Sequence record: SRR22947725_2292
Length of the DNA stretch: 64,000 nt
Reading direction: 5' to 3' (one strand)
Shown piece by piece: positions 50,367 through 59,698 of this stretch; position 1 is the first letter of the stretch, and the number at the start of each line of letters is the position of its first letter. Position numbers and translations under genes: made by a program. Below the pieces are notes generated by a model that was not told the DNA's origin, ran no database searches, and worked only from the letters and a program-made list of their open reading frames with translations.

Positions 50367-51395
50367 TTAAGTTAAAATCATACAATCGCCATAACTGTAA
50401 AAGCGAAACTTTTCTTCAATGGCGTATTCATAAGCCTTAAATATATTTTCGCGGCCAGCAAAGCAAGAAACTAACATAAGTAATGTTGACTTGGGTAGAT
50501 GAAAATTCGTCAAGAGAACATCGGCAACTTTAGGGGTATAGGGCGGATACAAAAAAATCTCAGTACGTCCACTTCCCGCCTTTAAAAATTCTTGCTCATC
50601 CCAACAACTTTCAAGAACTCGGACTGAAGTAGTGCCAATCACGAAAATACGACCGCCATTGGCTTTTACCGACTTTAAGGTTTCGGCAGTACTCTCTGGT
50701 AACTCATAAGACTCAGAATGCATTTTATGCTGAGAAATATCATCAACAGAAACGGGCAAAAATGTTCCCGGCCCTACATGGAGTGTTAAATAAGCTATGT
50801 TCACTCCTTTCGCTTCTAAGGCCTGCAATAAATCTTCGGTGAAATGTAAACCCGCTGTAGGAGCAGCTACAGCGCCCTGTTTCTCGGCAAAAACTGTCTG
50901 GTAACGTGAAGTATCATCCAACTCCATTTCACGATTCATATAAGGAGGCAATGGTAACTTACCGCACTCATCCAAAAGGCTTAAGACATGTTCTGTATCA
51001 AAAAGGATTTCAAAGGTGCCATCTCCTAGACGACTCTGGACCGTAAATGAGTGATCAGAACCAGTTACCTGCACTTGCACGCCCGGATTCATTCTCTTAC
51101 CAGGCTTCAACATAGCTTGCCATAGTCCTGGCGCTCTTTCCTCTATAAGCAAGGCTTCAACCTTACCGCCGGTTGGAACACGCTTACCAAAAATACGCGC
51201 CGGTATGACTTTTGTATTATTGAGAACAAGAGCGTCGCCAGGCTGAATCAACTCCGCAAAATGACTAAATGGATGGGCAGTCAGCTCCCCACTTTCACGA
51301 TCTACCTGCAGCATACGCGACTCATCACGCTTAGCAGCAGGATGACGAGCCACCAACTCTTCTGGGAGGTGATAATCGTAGTCTGAGATGTGCAT
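50367..51395 (-). CDS. queA: S-adenosylmethionine:tRNA ribosyltransferase-isomerase
   Basis: YDYHLPEELVA, NNTKVIPAR, PLPPYM, YQTVFA, AAPTAGLHFT, NFHLPKSTL and FYSYGD motifs. Confidence 0.96.
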   Translation of the reverse strand: MHISDYDYHLPEELVARHPAAKRDESRMLQVDRESGELTAHPFSHFAELIQPGDALVLNNTKVIPARIFGKRVPTGGKVEALLIEERAPGLWQAMLKPGKRMNPGVQVQVTGSDHSFTVQSRLGDGTFEILFDTEHVLSLLDECGKLPLPPYMNREMELDDTSRYQTVFAEKQGAVAAPTAGLHFTEDLLQALEAKGVNIAYLTLHVGPGTFLPVSVDDISQHKMHSESYELPESTAETLKSVKANGGRIFVIGTTSVRVLESCWDEQEFLKAGSGRTEIFLYPPYTPKVADVLLTNFHLPKSTLLMLVSCFAGRENIFKAYEYAIEEKFRFYSYGDCMILT

Positions 51396-51471
51396 TAAAA
51401 AATTTCCTGGTTTATTTCAGGCAAAGAAATATGTGCAGAAACAAATGTTTCAAGCACTCCCTCATTATTTT

Positions 51472-53241
51472 CTATTCGCGTGGCTCAGTTCGACGTGAAA
51501 CAGCACCGGCAAAGGCTTCAAGGAATTCACGAGCTGTCTTGCGATCAAAGCCCGTTGAAGTGACAATATTACCATCAACCTCAACATCTTTACCCGTGTA
51601 GTTGAACCCCGCTTTAATAATGGCTGGAGACTCATCTTTATCCATAGTCATCTTCTTTTCCTTAAGAGACTCAGGACCGGCAAGGAGCATGACAGGAGAT
51701 TTACCCAGTAAGCCTGTTACTGTTTTATTCTCTACAACTCCGGATAAAAATTCCGCTGACGTTGATTGATCTTCAGGTGCATCTCCATTAACTAAAATGC
51801 CATCCCAATCGCCATCCGCATAAGAATTTAGCTGTTTAGAAACCGTTACTTTCGCACCCTGTAATTGAAGGCGGCGCAAAAATAATGTAGAGTATTCATC
51901 TTCTGCTTGTGATAGGATTAAAATTTTGCGATTCTTTAAATAATACGACAGGCGCACTACTCGTAAATTGGTATCATTACCGCGCTTTGTCGTAAAGCTC
52001 AAGTACTTATCCATTTTTACCAATGAAGCATCAACAATGGCCTGAAAACTCTCTTCATCTGTAACGGCCTTGCCATTTACATGTGTAATAACTTCATTCT
52101 TTACAATGCCGGCCTGTGCAATAGCACCATTTGCCTTCACTGAAGAAACCCTCAAACCCTCGGTCGTCGGCAAATTATAAATAAAATAGGCCCCCATAGT
52201 GATCCTCTGAACCCCTAAGCCCAATTCAGGGTATGAAATCTCTTTGAGTTCACCAATCTGATGACCATATTGTGGCGCAGGCTCATCTTCTTTCAAAACA
52301 GCCTTAATCATCTTCTCTTGCCATTTGCCACTTTGCTTGCGTAGAATTTTAAACGAAATTTTTGCACCCACAACCTTAGTTTGTAGGTCCCAATTCCACT
52401 CATAATAATCCTCTTCAGTCTTACCACTTGATGCCTTGCCATCCATCTCAATAATGACATCGCCATTCTTTAAACCTACTTGCTCAGCATAAGAGCCTGG
52501 GATCACATAATCGACGTAAACACCCTGAGGAGTCCCCAAGACCTTAGCGAATTCTTCCGGCATGGCCTTCGAAATAAAGAAGGGAACATCTGTTCTGACA
52601 AAGCGGCCAAATTTCTCAAAGTGCTCCTTTAAAGTCATGCCATACTTGATTGGAATAGAAAAGCCCATCCCAGCCTTACCGCCATAAGTATTGACGCCAA
52701 TGACTTCTCCTTGAGCATTAAATAAAGGACCACCGCTGTTGCCTGGATTAATGATGGCATCCATCTGAAACACCTTCGTAAAAGTCCCCAAGCTTGTACG
52801 CGCAGTATTAGAAATAATACCACCTGTCAAAGTCCTTTTCTGACCTAAGGGTGCACCAAAAGCATAACAAGTCTGCCCTGTAATAACCTTATCCGAATCA
52901 CCTATCTTCACCGCTTGGATAGCATCTTCTGGCTCAATTTTCAAAAGAGCTATATCTGGATCCAAAGAGAAACCAATAACTCGAGCTTGGTATTTTTTGT
53001 CATTATGTAAAATAACTGTTATGCGTCGAGCTGTATCTCGTGGGTTTTCTATATCCATCATTGAAACCACGTGGCCGTTGGTAATAATTAAACCACTTGC
53101 ATCAACAATAAAACCACTACCTCCAGCTCTTTCGTGCTGAATAGCGACTACCGACTTATCTACTTTTTTGAAAAGCTCTTCGCCATTTTGAGCCCAGGAA
53201 AATTGAGCCAAACACATTAAAAATATTACTAAAGTCTTCAT
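51472..53241 (-). CDS. HtrA-like serine protease with two PDZ domains and a C-terminal DJ-1/PfpI-like domain
   Basis: GSGFIV, TNGHVV, PDIALLKI and INPGNSGGPL motifs; C-terminal KILIL...WDGILVNG...VEVDGNIVTS. Confidence 0.85.
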   Translation of the reverse strand: MKTLVIFLMCLAQFSWAQNGEELFKKVDKSVVAIQHERAGGSGFIVDASGLIITNGHVVSMMDIENPRDTARRITVILHNDKKYQARVIGFSLDPDIALLKIEPEDAIQAVKIGDSDKVITGQTCYAFGAPLGQKRTLTGGIISNTARTSLGTFTKVFQMDAIINPGNSGGPLFNAQGEVIGVNTYGGKAGMGFSIPIKYGMTLKEHFEKFGRFVRTDVPFFISKAMPEEFAKVLGTPQGVYVDYVIPGSYAEQVGLKNGDVIIEMDGKASSGKTEEDYYEWNWDLQTKVVGAKISFKILRKQSGKWQEKMIKAVLKEDEPAPQYGHQIGELKEISYPELGLGVQRITMGAYFIYNLPTTEGLRVSSVKANGAIAQAGIVKNEVITHVNGKAVTDEESFQAIVDASLVKMDKYLSFTTKRGNDTNLRVVRLSYYLKNRKILILSQAEDEYSTLFLRRLQLQGAKVTVSKQLNSYADGDWDGILVNGDAPEDQSTSAEFLSGVVENKTVTGLLGKSPVMLLAGPESLKEKKMTMDKDESPAIIKAGFNYTGKDVEVDGNIVTSTGFDRKTAREFLEAFAGAVSRRTEPRE

Positions 53242-54630
53242 CTATTGAACCTCATTATCTTTAGTCTTCTGACCAATAGCCGTATCCAAGCTAACCGATG
53301 TCGGTCTATTTCCCCTCTGGAGGCGAATGAAGACAGCAGAAACTTTGGAATTGCGCAGTTTTTCCAGCGCTGTACGCAAATCTTTAATATTGCGAATTTC
53401 ATGACCGTGAACTTCAGTAATGACATCGCCTCGAGCAATAAGTGGGCGGCCAAAATAAGTACTGGTTGCTGCTGGACTACCCCCTTCAATGCCAGTAACT
53501 AAAACGCCTTCTTTAACCTTCAAGTTATATCGATGACCATCCAAAGAGCTGATGTCATTTACCGTTAAGCCAAACTCTTCAATATTAATCGAAGTCACTT
53601 TAGGTTTCGCGTCAAAAACAATCTGTAAGTCAATGTTATTTTGATCTCTTATGACTTTTAAGCTCGTCGCTCTGCCTACCTCTGGCTCAAGATATTTTCT
53701 AACTTGTGAAAGAGCTCTTACTCCTCTACGGCTAATATCCTTGCCATCAATACCTGTAATGACATCACCTATCTTCAAACCTCCCTTCTGAGCTGGTGAG
53801 CCCTCGTAAACTCGCGTTAAACGAATAGCTTCACGAGGTATATCAAGGACTTTAGACATCTCATCGCTAACAGCTTCATAACTAATACCGATCCAAGGAT
53901 CTTCATCTGAATCTTCTTCGCCATCGCGTTCAATAAAGCGCTTCGAAGCCTTAGCAAGGCTATCGATCAGAGCATTTGTCCGACCTTGTGAAATGGCAAT
54001 AGCTTCGCCATCCAAATTAAAAATGGGCATACCTAAAACGGGGATATCGGCATTGTGAGTTAAATTCATGCCACTGACCATAACCGAATCACTCTTACCT
54101 TCGATTACGGCTTTCAAAGAACCAAAATTAGCCACCGGTTCAAAGGCCAGATTTTTAGAAGTAGCACTAACGCCTACAAGAAATTGGCCACTTACAAGTG
54201 TCGAGGTATCAGCGAACTCGACGGGGACTGTTTTCTCATCTGTCTCAATTTTAATTAAAGTCATTAAATTTATACGGTCTGACTTTATAATCTTCGCTGT
54301 ATATTCTTGCTCACCGATCCAAGCTTTTATATCGGTCACATCATCTTCTTTAAAATAGAGCGTTGCGACATGTCCTTTATCATCAATAACGACACCATTT
54401 AAAGTGATAGAATTTGTACGCCCCGGCTTTTTAAGGGCCATCTGAAAATAAACAATACTAGGGCTTACCTTCTTCACTGTATCTTCAACAGTTTGCTGAA
54501 CTGACTCAAGATATTTACGTCCAGAAACACTTTCATCATCTGAGTTAAAAAAGCCAGCTTGTGCAGGAAGCATCAAAAACAACGCTCCACAGCAAAGTGC
54601 TTTACCCACACCCTTCTTAAAAATCTTCAT
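53242..54630 (-). CDS. HtrA-like protein with degenerate protease domain and two PDZ domains
   Basis: VSPSIV, GVVIDDKGHVAT and GMPIFNLDGEAIAI motifs but no TNxH or GNSGG; PDZ motifs GSPAQKGGLKIGDVI and GSPAA. Confidence 0.8.
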   Translation of the reverse strand: MKIFKKGVGKALCCGALFLMLPAQAGFFNSDDESVSGRKYLESVQQTVEDTVKKVSPSIVYFQMALKKPGRTNSITLNGVVIDDKGHVATLYFKEDDVTDIKAWIGEQEYTAKIIKSDRINLMTLIKIETDEKTVPVEFADTSTLVSGQFLVGVSATSKNLAFEPVANFGSLKAVIEGKSDSVMVSGMNLTHNADIPVLGMPIFNLDGEAIAISQGRTNALIDSLAKASKRFIERDGEEDSDEDPWIGISYEAVSDEMSKVLDIPREAIRLTRVYEGSPAQKGGLKIGDVITGIDGKDISRRGVRALSQVRKYLEPEVGRATSLKVIRDQNNIDLQIVFDAKPKVTSINIEEFGLTVNDISSLDGHRYNLKVKEGVLVTGIEGGSPAATSTYFGRPLIARGDVITEVHGHEIRNIKDLRTALEKLRNSKVSAVFIRLQRGNRPTSVSLDTAIGQKTKDNEVQ

Positions 54631-54740
54631 TAATTCGTCTCGTAAAATTTAGATTGAACTTAAGAAACCTAATTGGTTCTCTCAAAAAAGCGACTGATCT
54701 CATAAGCTAATGAACCTGCTTAAAACACATCTCTGCAGCC

Positions 54741-54769
54741 GCAGACAACTTCTTCACGAACAAGTTTCC
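54741..54769 (-). promoter_or_regulatory. Possible ECF-sigma promoter upstream of the HtrA pair
   Basis: Minus strand GGAAACTT-N16-TCTGC. Confidence 0.45.
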
Positions 54770-54915
54770 TCTTTTTACGCCTGATAAACAAGAATAGCTT
54801 GAGAAAGATCTGTTATTTTTTCTCTTAGGCTCCCACGTACATCATGGCATAAGAACTTGCCTTTCATCGAAAAAGAAGCATATTTTGCAAAAATATAGGC
54901 AAACTACTTCAAGTA

Positions 54916-55158
54916 ATGATTCCAATCTCTCCAGAAAACTATTTTGAAATATACGTGATCCTTTTCCTCTTTGTTGCGGCAGGCTTCTGGATATACCACG
55001 CCTGGTCAACTTCTGGTAAAGACCTCATTATTTCTGAAGAAAAACTCTGCCGCTGCAAGGCATGCTCGTTGACCTATATCGTTAACCGCACAGAACAAGT
55101 AAGCCGATGTCCTCGCTGTAATGAAATAAACAACATCAATCCCAAAGTAAGAATCTAA
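54916..55158 (+). CDS. Small membrane protein with Zn-ribbon
   Basis: N-terminal TM helix; CKAC...CPRC; TAATG coupling to rsmD. Confidence 0.75.
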   Translation: MIPISPENYFEIYVILFLFVAAGFWIYHAWSTSGKDLIISEEKLCRCKACSLTYIVNRTEQVSRCPRCNEINNINPKVRI

Positions 55159-55721
55159 TGAGAATAATTGCTGGAGATGCCCGTGGCATCCAACTCGATG
55201 CCGGTCCCCAAGAGGCAGTACGCCCTACAACTGACCGTATAAAAGAATCTGTTTTTAATATCATTGGCGACATTGAGGGCTGTTATATAATCGATATTTT
55301 TGCTGGCTCTGGCGCTCTTGGCCTAGAAGCTTTCAGCCGAGGGGCAGAAGAGGTTTACTTCATAGAAAAAGACAGAACTACTTGTAAGACTATCGAAAAA
55401 AACCTCAAAAAGGTCGAAAAAGCTACTGGGGATTCAGACCACTGCAAGATCATTCAAAGTGACTACCAATCTATCCCTAATCGCCTCGCTACAGTTCAAC
55501 CTGACCTCATCTTAGCTGATCCGCCATATGATAACAATGGCCAAATGGCTATTGATCTTCTACTCAATCAAGAACTCGCAGATTGGGCGGGAGAAGGCTG
55601 CATTCTCTGTCTTGAGCACCTTTCCACGACCGTATTACCAGATGACACCGCTTGGACTCAATTTCGCCGTCGTGACTTCGGCAAAACTGCCTTCACATTT
55701 TGGGAGATAAAGAATGTCTGA
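55158..55721 (+). CDS. rsmD: 16S rRNA (guanine966-N2)-methyltransferase
   Basis: MRIIAG, RPTTDRIKESVFN, DIFAGSGALGLEAFSRGA and DPPY motifs. Confidence 0.94.
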   Translation: MRIIAGDARGIQLDAGPQEAVRPTTDRIKESVFNIIGDIEGCYIIDIFAGSGALGLEAFSRGAEEVYFIEKDRTTCKTIEKNLKKVEKATGDSDHCKIIQSDYQSIPNRLATVQPDLILADPPYDNNGQMAIDLLLNQELADWAGEGCILCLEHLSTTVLPDDTAWTQFRRRDFGKTAFTFWEIKNV

Positions 55722-56364
55722 TGAAGAATTTACTCCAGAATGGTCTAATAACAAAAACTGGACTGAGTTCGACTGGGAATTAGCCCTTAGACAAAGTGAT
55801 AACTTTGCCGCAAAATATTTTGATCTACTCCAACAATATGGCGAACTTCCTGGCAGCGACGACATCATTCTTCAAAAGTTAGACGGCTCTGCTCCCATGC
55901 TCATGGATGATGGTGATTACTATATAGAATTTGATCCTGAAGAAATGGCCGATATCAATGATGACGACAACGAGACTTTTGAAGGTGGTATATTTTATGA
56001 AAATGCCCCTTCCTTTATGCTCTTACGCCAAGTCTCCATCGGCTGGTGTAATATTTATGCTACTTTTCTCCGGCCTGAGCATCGAAAATATGGCGTCACT
56101 ATTCTCTTCCATCTGGGGCGTGGAATAGCTCATCTCATCGGAAGTCTTGGTGATGGTTCTTACGATCCTCCAGCAAGTCATCTCGCCTCCGCGAAAAGAG
56201 CTCTCGATCAAGTCAATAAAGCCATTGGCCTAGTCGATTTACTCACCAGCAAAAGCTCGACCTACAAAAAAGTAACGAAGGCAATTAATAAGCATCTTAC
56301 GGAAGGTCAAGAAAAAATAATTGATCACATCTATCAGCTGAAAGCCAAACAAAACCTTAAGTAG
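55714..56364 (+). CDS. Hypothetical protein (acidic, helical)
   Basis: GGAG RBS; overlaps the rsmD end; WTEFDWE motif. Confidence 0.7.
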   Translation: MSDEEFTPEWSNNKNWTEFDWELALRQSDNFAAKYFDLLQQYGELPGSDDIILQKLDGSAPMLMDDGDYYIEFDPEEMADINDDDNETFEGGIFYENAPSFMLLRQVSIGWCNIYATFLRPEHRKYGVTILFHLGRGIAHLIGSLGDGSYDPPASHLASAKRALDQVNKAIGLVDLLTSKSSTYKKVTKAINKHLTEGQEKIIDHIYQLKAKQNLK

Positions 56365-56367
56365 GCT

Positions 56368-58275
56368 TCATTCACAAATAGCTTCATACCAAAAGCAGAC
56401 ATTGGCCAAAAGCCATAAATTGCGGTCCCCACGCGTAAACATGGCTGAGATTTCTAATGGATTAAAAATTCCCGCACGAAGGGCAATCGCTTGGCACTCA
56501 TCTTCAAGCTTATCCATATAGTGGCCATTGAGCCACTCCTGAAAGGGAGTCGGAAAACTCATTTTAGGTCGATCTACAACTGATTGCGGTAAAACACCGC
56601 TGAAGCTGCGCCTCAACATTTTTTTGGTTTCCACTAGACCTGCGGCATCTATTTCATCAACTAATAAATTTTCAGCATCTAAAGCAGCTGCCTGATTTTT
56701 AAAAGCCATTTTCCAAGAATCTGGCTGCCGAAAAGCATGTTCAACTAAACGGTAGTCGGTAAAAGGCACCCTGGCTTCAACCGAAGCGGCCATAGTACTG
56801 CTATCGACTCGATTCAATAAGCCCTCTAAGTTAACTTCGGCATGTAAGTGCATACGTCGGTCAAATGAAGAGCAATCTGCATATTGATCAATAAATTGTT
56901 CATAAAAAGAAAAAACTTCATCATCTTCATCTAAAGACTGCCAAAAATCTTCATTAAACAAAGCCATCTTCTGCTCAACTGGCAACCAACTATGGGTCAA
57001 AAAGAAATGGTCGGCCTCGTTAAAGATAAAGGGTCTGCCATAACGCTGCATGAGCTTATAATATAAAGGGTGGCTTTCGACGGCCTCTTCAGGAGTATGA
57101 GGCGCTCTTTCGAAATCATAAATACCAAAATGCGGCATCAAATAACCCCCAAAAACCTCATCCGCGCCTTCTCCCGTTAAAGTCACCTTACAGGTCTCGC
57201 TTAACTTCTTGGATAAACGATAAATACTCGTTTCATTGGGTGTCGACAAAGGCAAACCTTTCTCTTTAATCAGATGTTTCCAATCACTAAAAAATGTATC
57301 TGGAGTTATCACCACATTCTCTACAACCCCATCAATCTTTGCTGCTACTTGTGCGGCATAGTCAAATTCATTGTACTTTTCGACTGAGGAACCAGCACAA
57401 TAAAACGGTAAATCTTTCTTTTCTTCCGAAGCCACCGTCGCAACAATGGCCGAATCCAAACCACCGCTCAAAAAGCACCCTACTGGGACATCACTCACTA
57501 AGCGGTCTTTCACTGATTTTTTAACTAAATGAGCTGTTTCTTCGAGAAGCTGACCTTCTAATATATCTTGTTTATCTTCGGCCTTCACTATTGGCCGCTG
57601 CCAATATTTCTGTAAACTCATTTCTCCTGAATCCAAAGACAAACTCGCCCATGTTCCAGGTAAAAGAGTTTTTATGTTTTTTAATAAAGTTCTCTCTCCA
57701 AAAGTGATTCGACAGCTCGTAAAGTAATGTGATAAAGCGGCCGCATCTATTTCCCCTGGCCCTATCACCTTAACTAAGGCAGCTACAGAAGAAGCAAAAA
57801 CTAATTGGTCTTGAGATTTAGAGTAGTAAAGAGGTTTGACGCCTAAACGGTCGCGGCCCAAAAGCAACTTATTAATTCGCGGATCAATAATACCAAAAGC
57901 ATAACAACCATTAATTTTCGAAAAGGACTCAACGCCCCATTCAATGTAGGACTTTAATAAAACTTCTGTATCGCTGGCTGTATTAAAGACATGACCCTTC
58001 TGCTCTAACTCTCTGCGCAAATCTTTAAAGTTATAAATTTCACCATTGTAGCTGAGAGTGACACCTGTTGCACTATCCTTCATCGGTTGAGCACCACCGT
58101 GCAAGTCAATAATTGATAATCGAGTGTGACCGAGTAGCCAGTTACTCCCTTGGCATAGAGCTTGCGCATCAGGTCCTCTAGATTTCATTGAGTTTAAACT
58201 CTCCTGAAATTTTACAGAATCAGAAACTGAAACAGACTTAGTAGTAAAATTAATTATGCCGTTAATACCGCACAT
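56368..58275 (-). CDS. asnB: Asparagine synthase (glutamine-hydrolysing) family amidotransferase
   Basis: MCGING, RGPD, GHTRLSIIDL, NGEIYN, RDRLGVKPLY, LSGGLDS, GEGADEVFGGY and EARVPF motifs. Confidence 0.92.
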   Translation of the reverse strand: MCGINGIINFTTKSVSVSDSVKFQESLNSMKSRGPDAQALCQGSNWLLGHTRLSIIDLHGGAQPMKDSATGVTLSYNGEIYNFKDLRRELEQKGHVFNTASDTEVLLKSYIEWGVESFSKINGCYAFGIIDPRINKLLLGRDRLGVKPLYYSKSQDQLVFASSVAALVKVIGPGEIDAAALSHYFTSCRITFGERTLLKNIKTLLPGTWASLSLDSGEMSLQKYWQRPIVKAEDKQDILEGQLLEETAHLVKKSVKDRLVSDVPVGCFLSGGLDSAIVATVASEEKKDLPFYCAGSSVEKYNEFDYAAQVAAKIDGVVENVVITPDTFFSDWKHLIKEKGLPLSTPNETSIYRLSKKLSETCKVTLTGEGADEVFGGYLMPHFGIYDFERAPHTPEEAVESHPLYYKLMQRYGRPFIFNEADHFFLTHSWLPVEQKMALFNEDFWQSLDEDDEVFSFYEQFIDQYADCSSFDRRMHLHAEVNLEGLLNRVDSSTMAASVEARVPFTDYRLVEHAFRQPDSWKMAFKNQAAALDAENLLVDEIDAAGLVETKKMLRRSFSGVLPQSVVDRPKMSFPTPFQEWLNGHYMDKLEDECQAIALRAGIFNPLEISAMFTRGDRNLWLLANVCFWYEAICE

Positions 58276-58325
58276 ACATCAAACTCCGGATTTACTCGAC
58301 TGGACCGCAACAATGGTGCCATCAG

Positions 58326-59009
58326 ATGAGTGATATAAAGGATAAACTTCCACACTGGACATCTCTTTGCTCTGCGGTTCAAGTTCTTGTTAATTTTGGA
58401 CTAGTCTTTGCATTTTTTCAGACTATTGACTCTGAACAAGCCAGTGAACAAAAATGGTATTATTTCGCCCTAGCAAACATACTAACAGTAGGTACCTTAA
58501 TTATCAATATTACTCTACCGCGAGAAAATTTTATCCGCAGTACTTTAAACGTCAGTTCGTTTCTAGTCTACACCTACATGATACCAATGACAATTATCAC
58601 TTCAGCCCATCCAGTCTCATGGGCTCTTTTAGGTGGCATGATCTACGTCATGTTAGTCATTTGTGTATCTCCAGTTCACATTTCATGCCTAGCTTTTGCT
58701 GGTGGAGCTGTTTTTACATCGCAATTTCACAACTTTTCCGGAATTGAAATAGATACAATTTACAAACCACTGCTAGCTTATTTAGCCATGACGGGCGTCG
58801 CCATGATTTGGCGTTCATTATTTATCAAGCTTATGCTGGGCTACCTGCACTTAACTGATAAAGACCCCGGCAAAGAAAGCCTATACGAAAGCCGTATAGA
58901 AGAGTTGGAACAAGAGCGAAATCTTCTCAGGGGTGAAATTATCACTCACGTAGTCGAATTAAATGAAGCAGTTTTAAGCCATCAACCTGAACAACAGGAG
59001 GGACAGTGA
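58326..59009 (+). CDS. Multi-pass membrane protein with C-terminal coiled coil (putative sensor)
   Basis: About 6 hydrophobic helices, then RIEELEQERNLL; GTGA overlap with the next gene. Confidence 0.7.
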   Translation: MSDIKDKLPHWTSLCSAVQVLVNFGLVFAFFQTIDSEQASEQKWYYFALANILTVGTLIINITLPRENFIRSTLNVSSFLVYTYMIPMTIITSAHPVSWALLGGMIYVMLVICVSPVHISCLAFAGGAVFTSQFHNFSGIEIDTIYKPLLAYLAMTGVAMIWRSLFIKLMLGYLHLTDKDPGKESLYESRIEELEQERNLLRGEIITHVVELNEAVLSHQPEQQEGQ

Positions 59010-59698
59010 GCAACAAACCAGCAGCGGCACCAACCGCACTAAGCCCTAAAGATGCGTTCCAGATGAATCGGGTCATGCGTCACAAATTACGCAATCACAG
59101 CGCCGGTCTAAAAATGACACTCAGTCGCATTCAGGAAGTACTTGAAGAAGTGAGCTCTGAAATGGCTGATCGCTGTAGCTTAATGATGAATGAACTTGAA
59201 AACCTCGAGCACTTTACCGAAAGAATGGACCTCATATTCAGCGATCTCCCCGAAGCTGAAGGCACCATGCTATTCAACCTTATTTGTGAATTAAGGCGTC
59301 GCTTTGCAACCAAGTACCCTCTTTGTAATTTAGAGTTCTCAGGAAAAGAAAGCGCGGCTTTATTTGTCAATGGCAACCTCATTATACTCGCACTTTGGGA
59401 ACTGCTCGCCAATGCCGGTGAAGCCGCTGGTATCGATGGCAAAGTAACCTTAGAATGGAAGCTTGAAGATAAGATTTATTTTACCGTCACCAATACTGGC
59501 GATGAACTCCCGGAAGATATCCCTTTGGCCCCGCCCATGCCTTTTTATACGGAAAAAGGCCGACACGATGGACTAGGTCTGGCAATTGTCGATAGAATTA
59601 GCCGTTCTTTAGGTGGAAAGTTTTCACTTTCACAGCAAAGTAATGGAGAGATTTCTGCACAAGTCGAAATGCCTCGAAAGGAAATAAATGATGCCTAA
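59006..59698 (+). CDS. Atypical cytoplasmic histidine kinase
   Basis: H-box-like MRHKLRNH, N-box ELLANAGEA, VTNTG, PFYTEK and GLGLAIV motifs. Confidence 0.78.
   Translation: MSNKPAAAPTALSPKDAFQMNRVMRHKLRNHSAGLKMTLSRIQEVLEEVSSEMADRCSLMMNELENLEHFTERMDLIFSDLPEAEGTMLFNLICELRRRFATKYPLCNLEFSGKESAALFVNGNLIILALWELLANAGEAAGIDGKVTLEWKLEDKIYFTVTNTGDELPEDIPLAPPMPFYTEKGRHDGLGLAIVDRISRSLGGKFSLSQQSNGEISAQVEMPRKEINDA

Noticed and set aside
54845-54860. Sigma-54 promoter-like TGGCATAAGAACTTGC
   Set aside because: 11 nt lie between GG and GC on both strands, whereas -24/-12 promoters require 10
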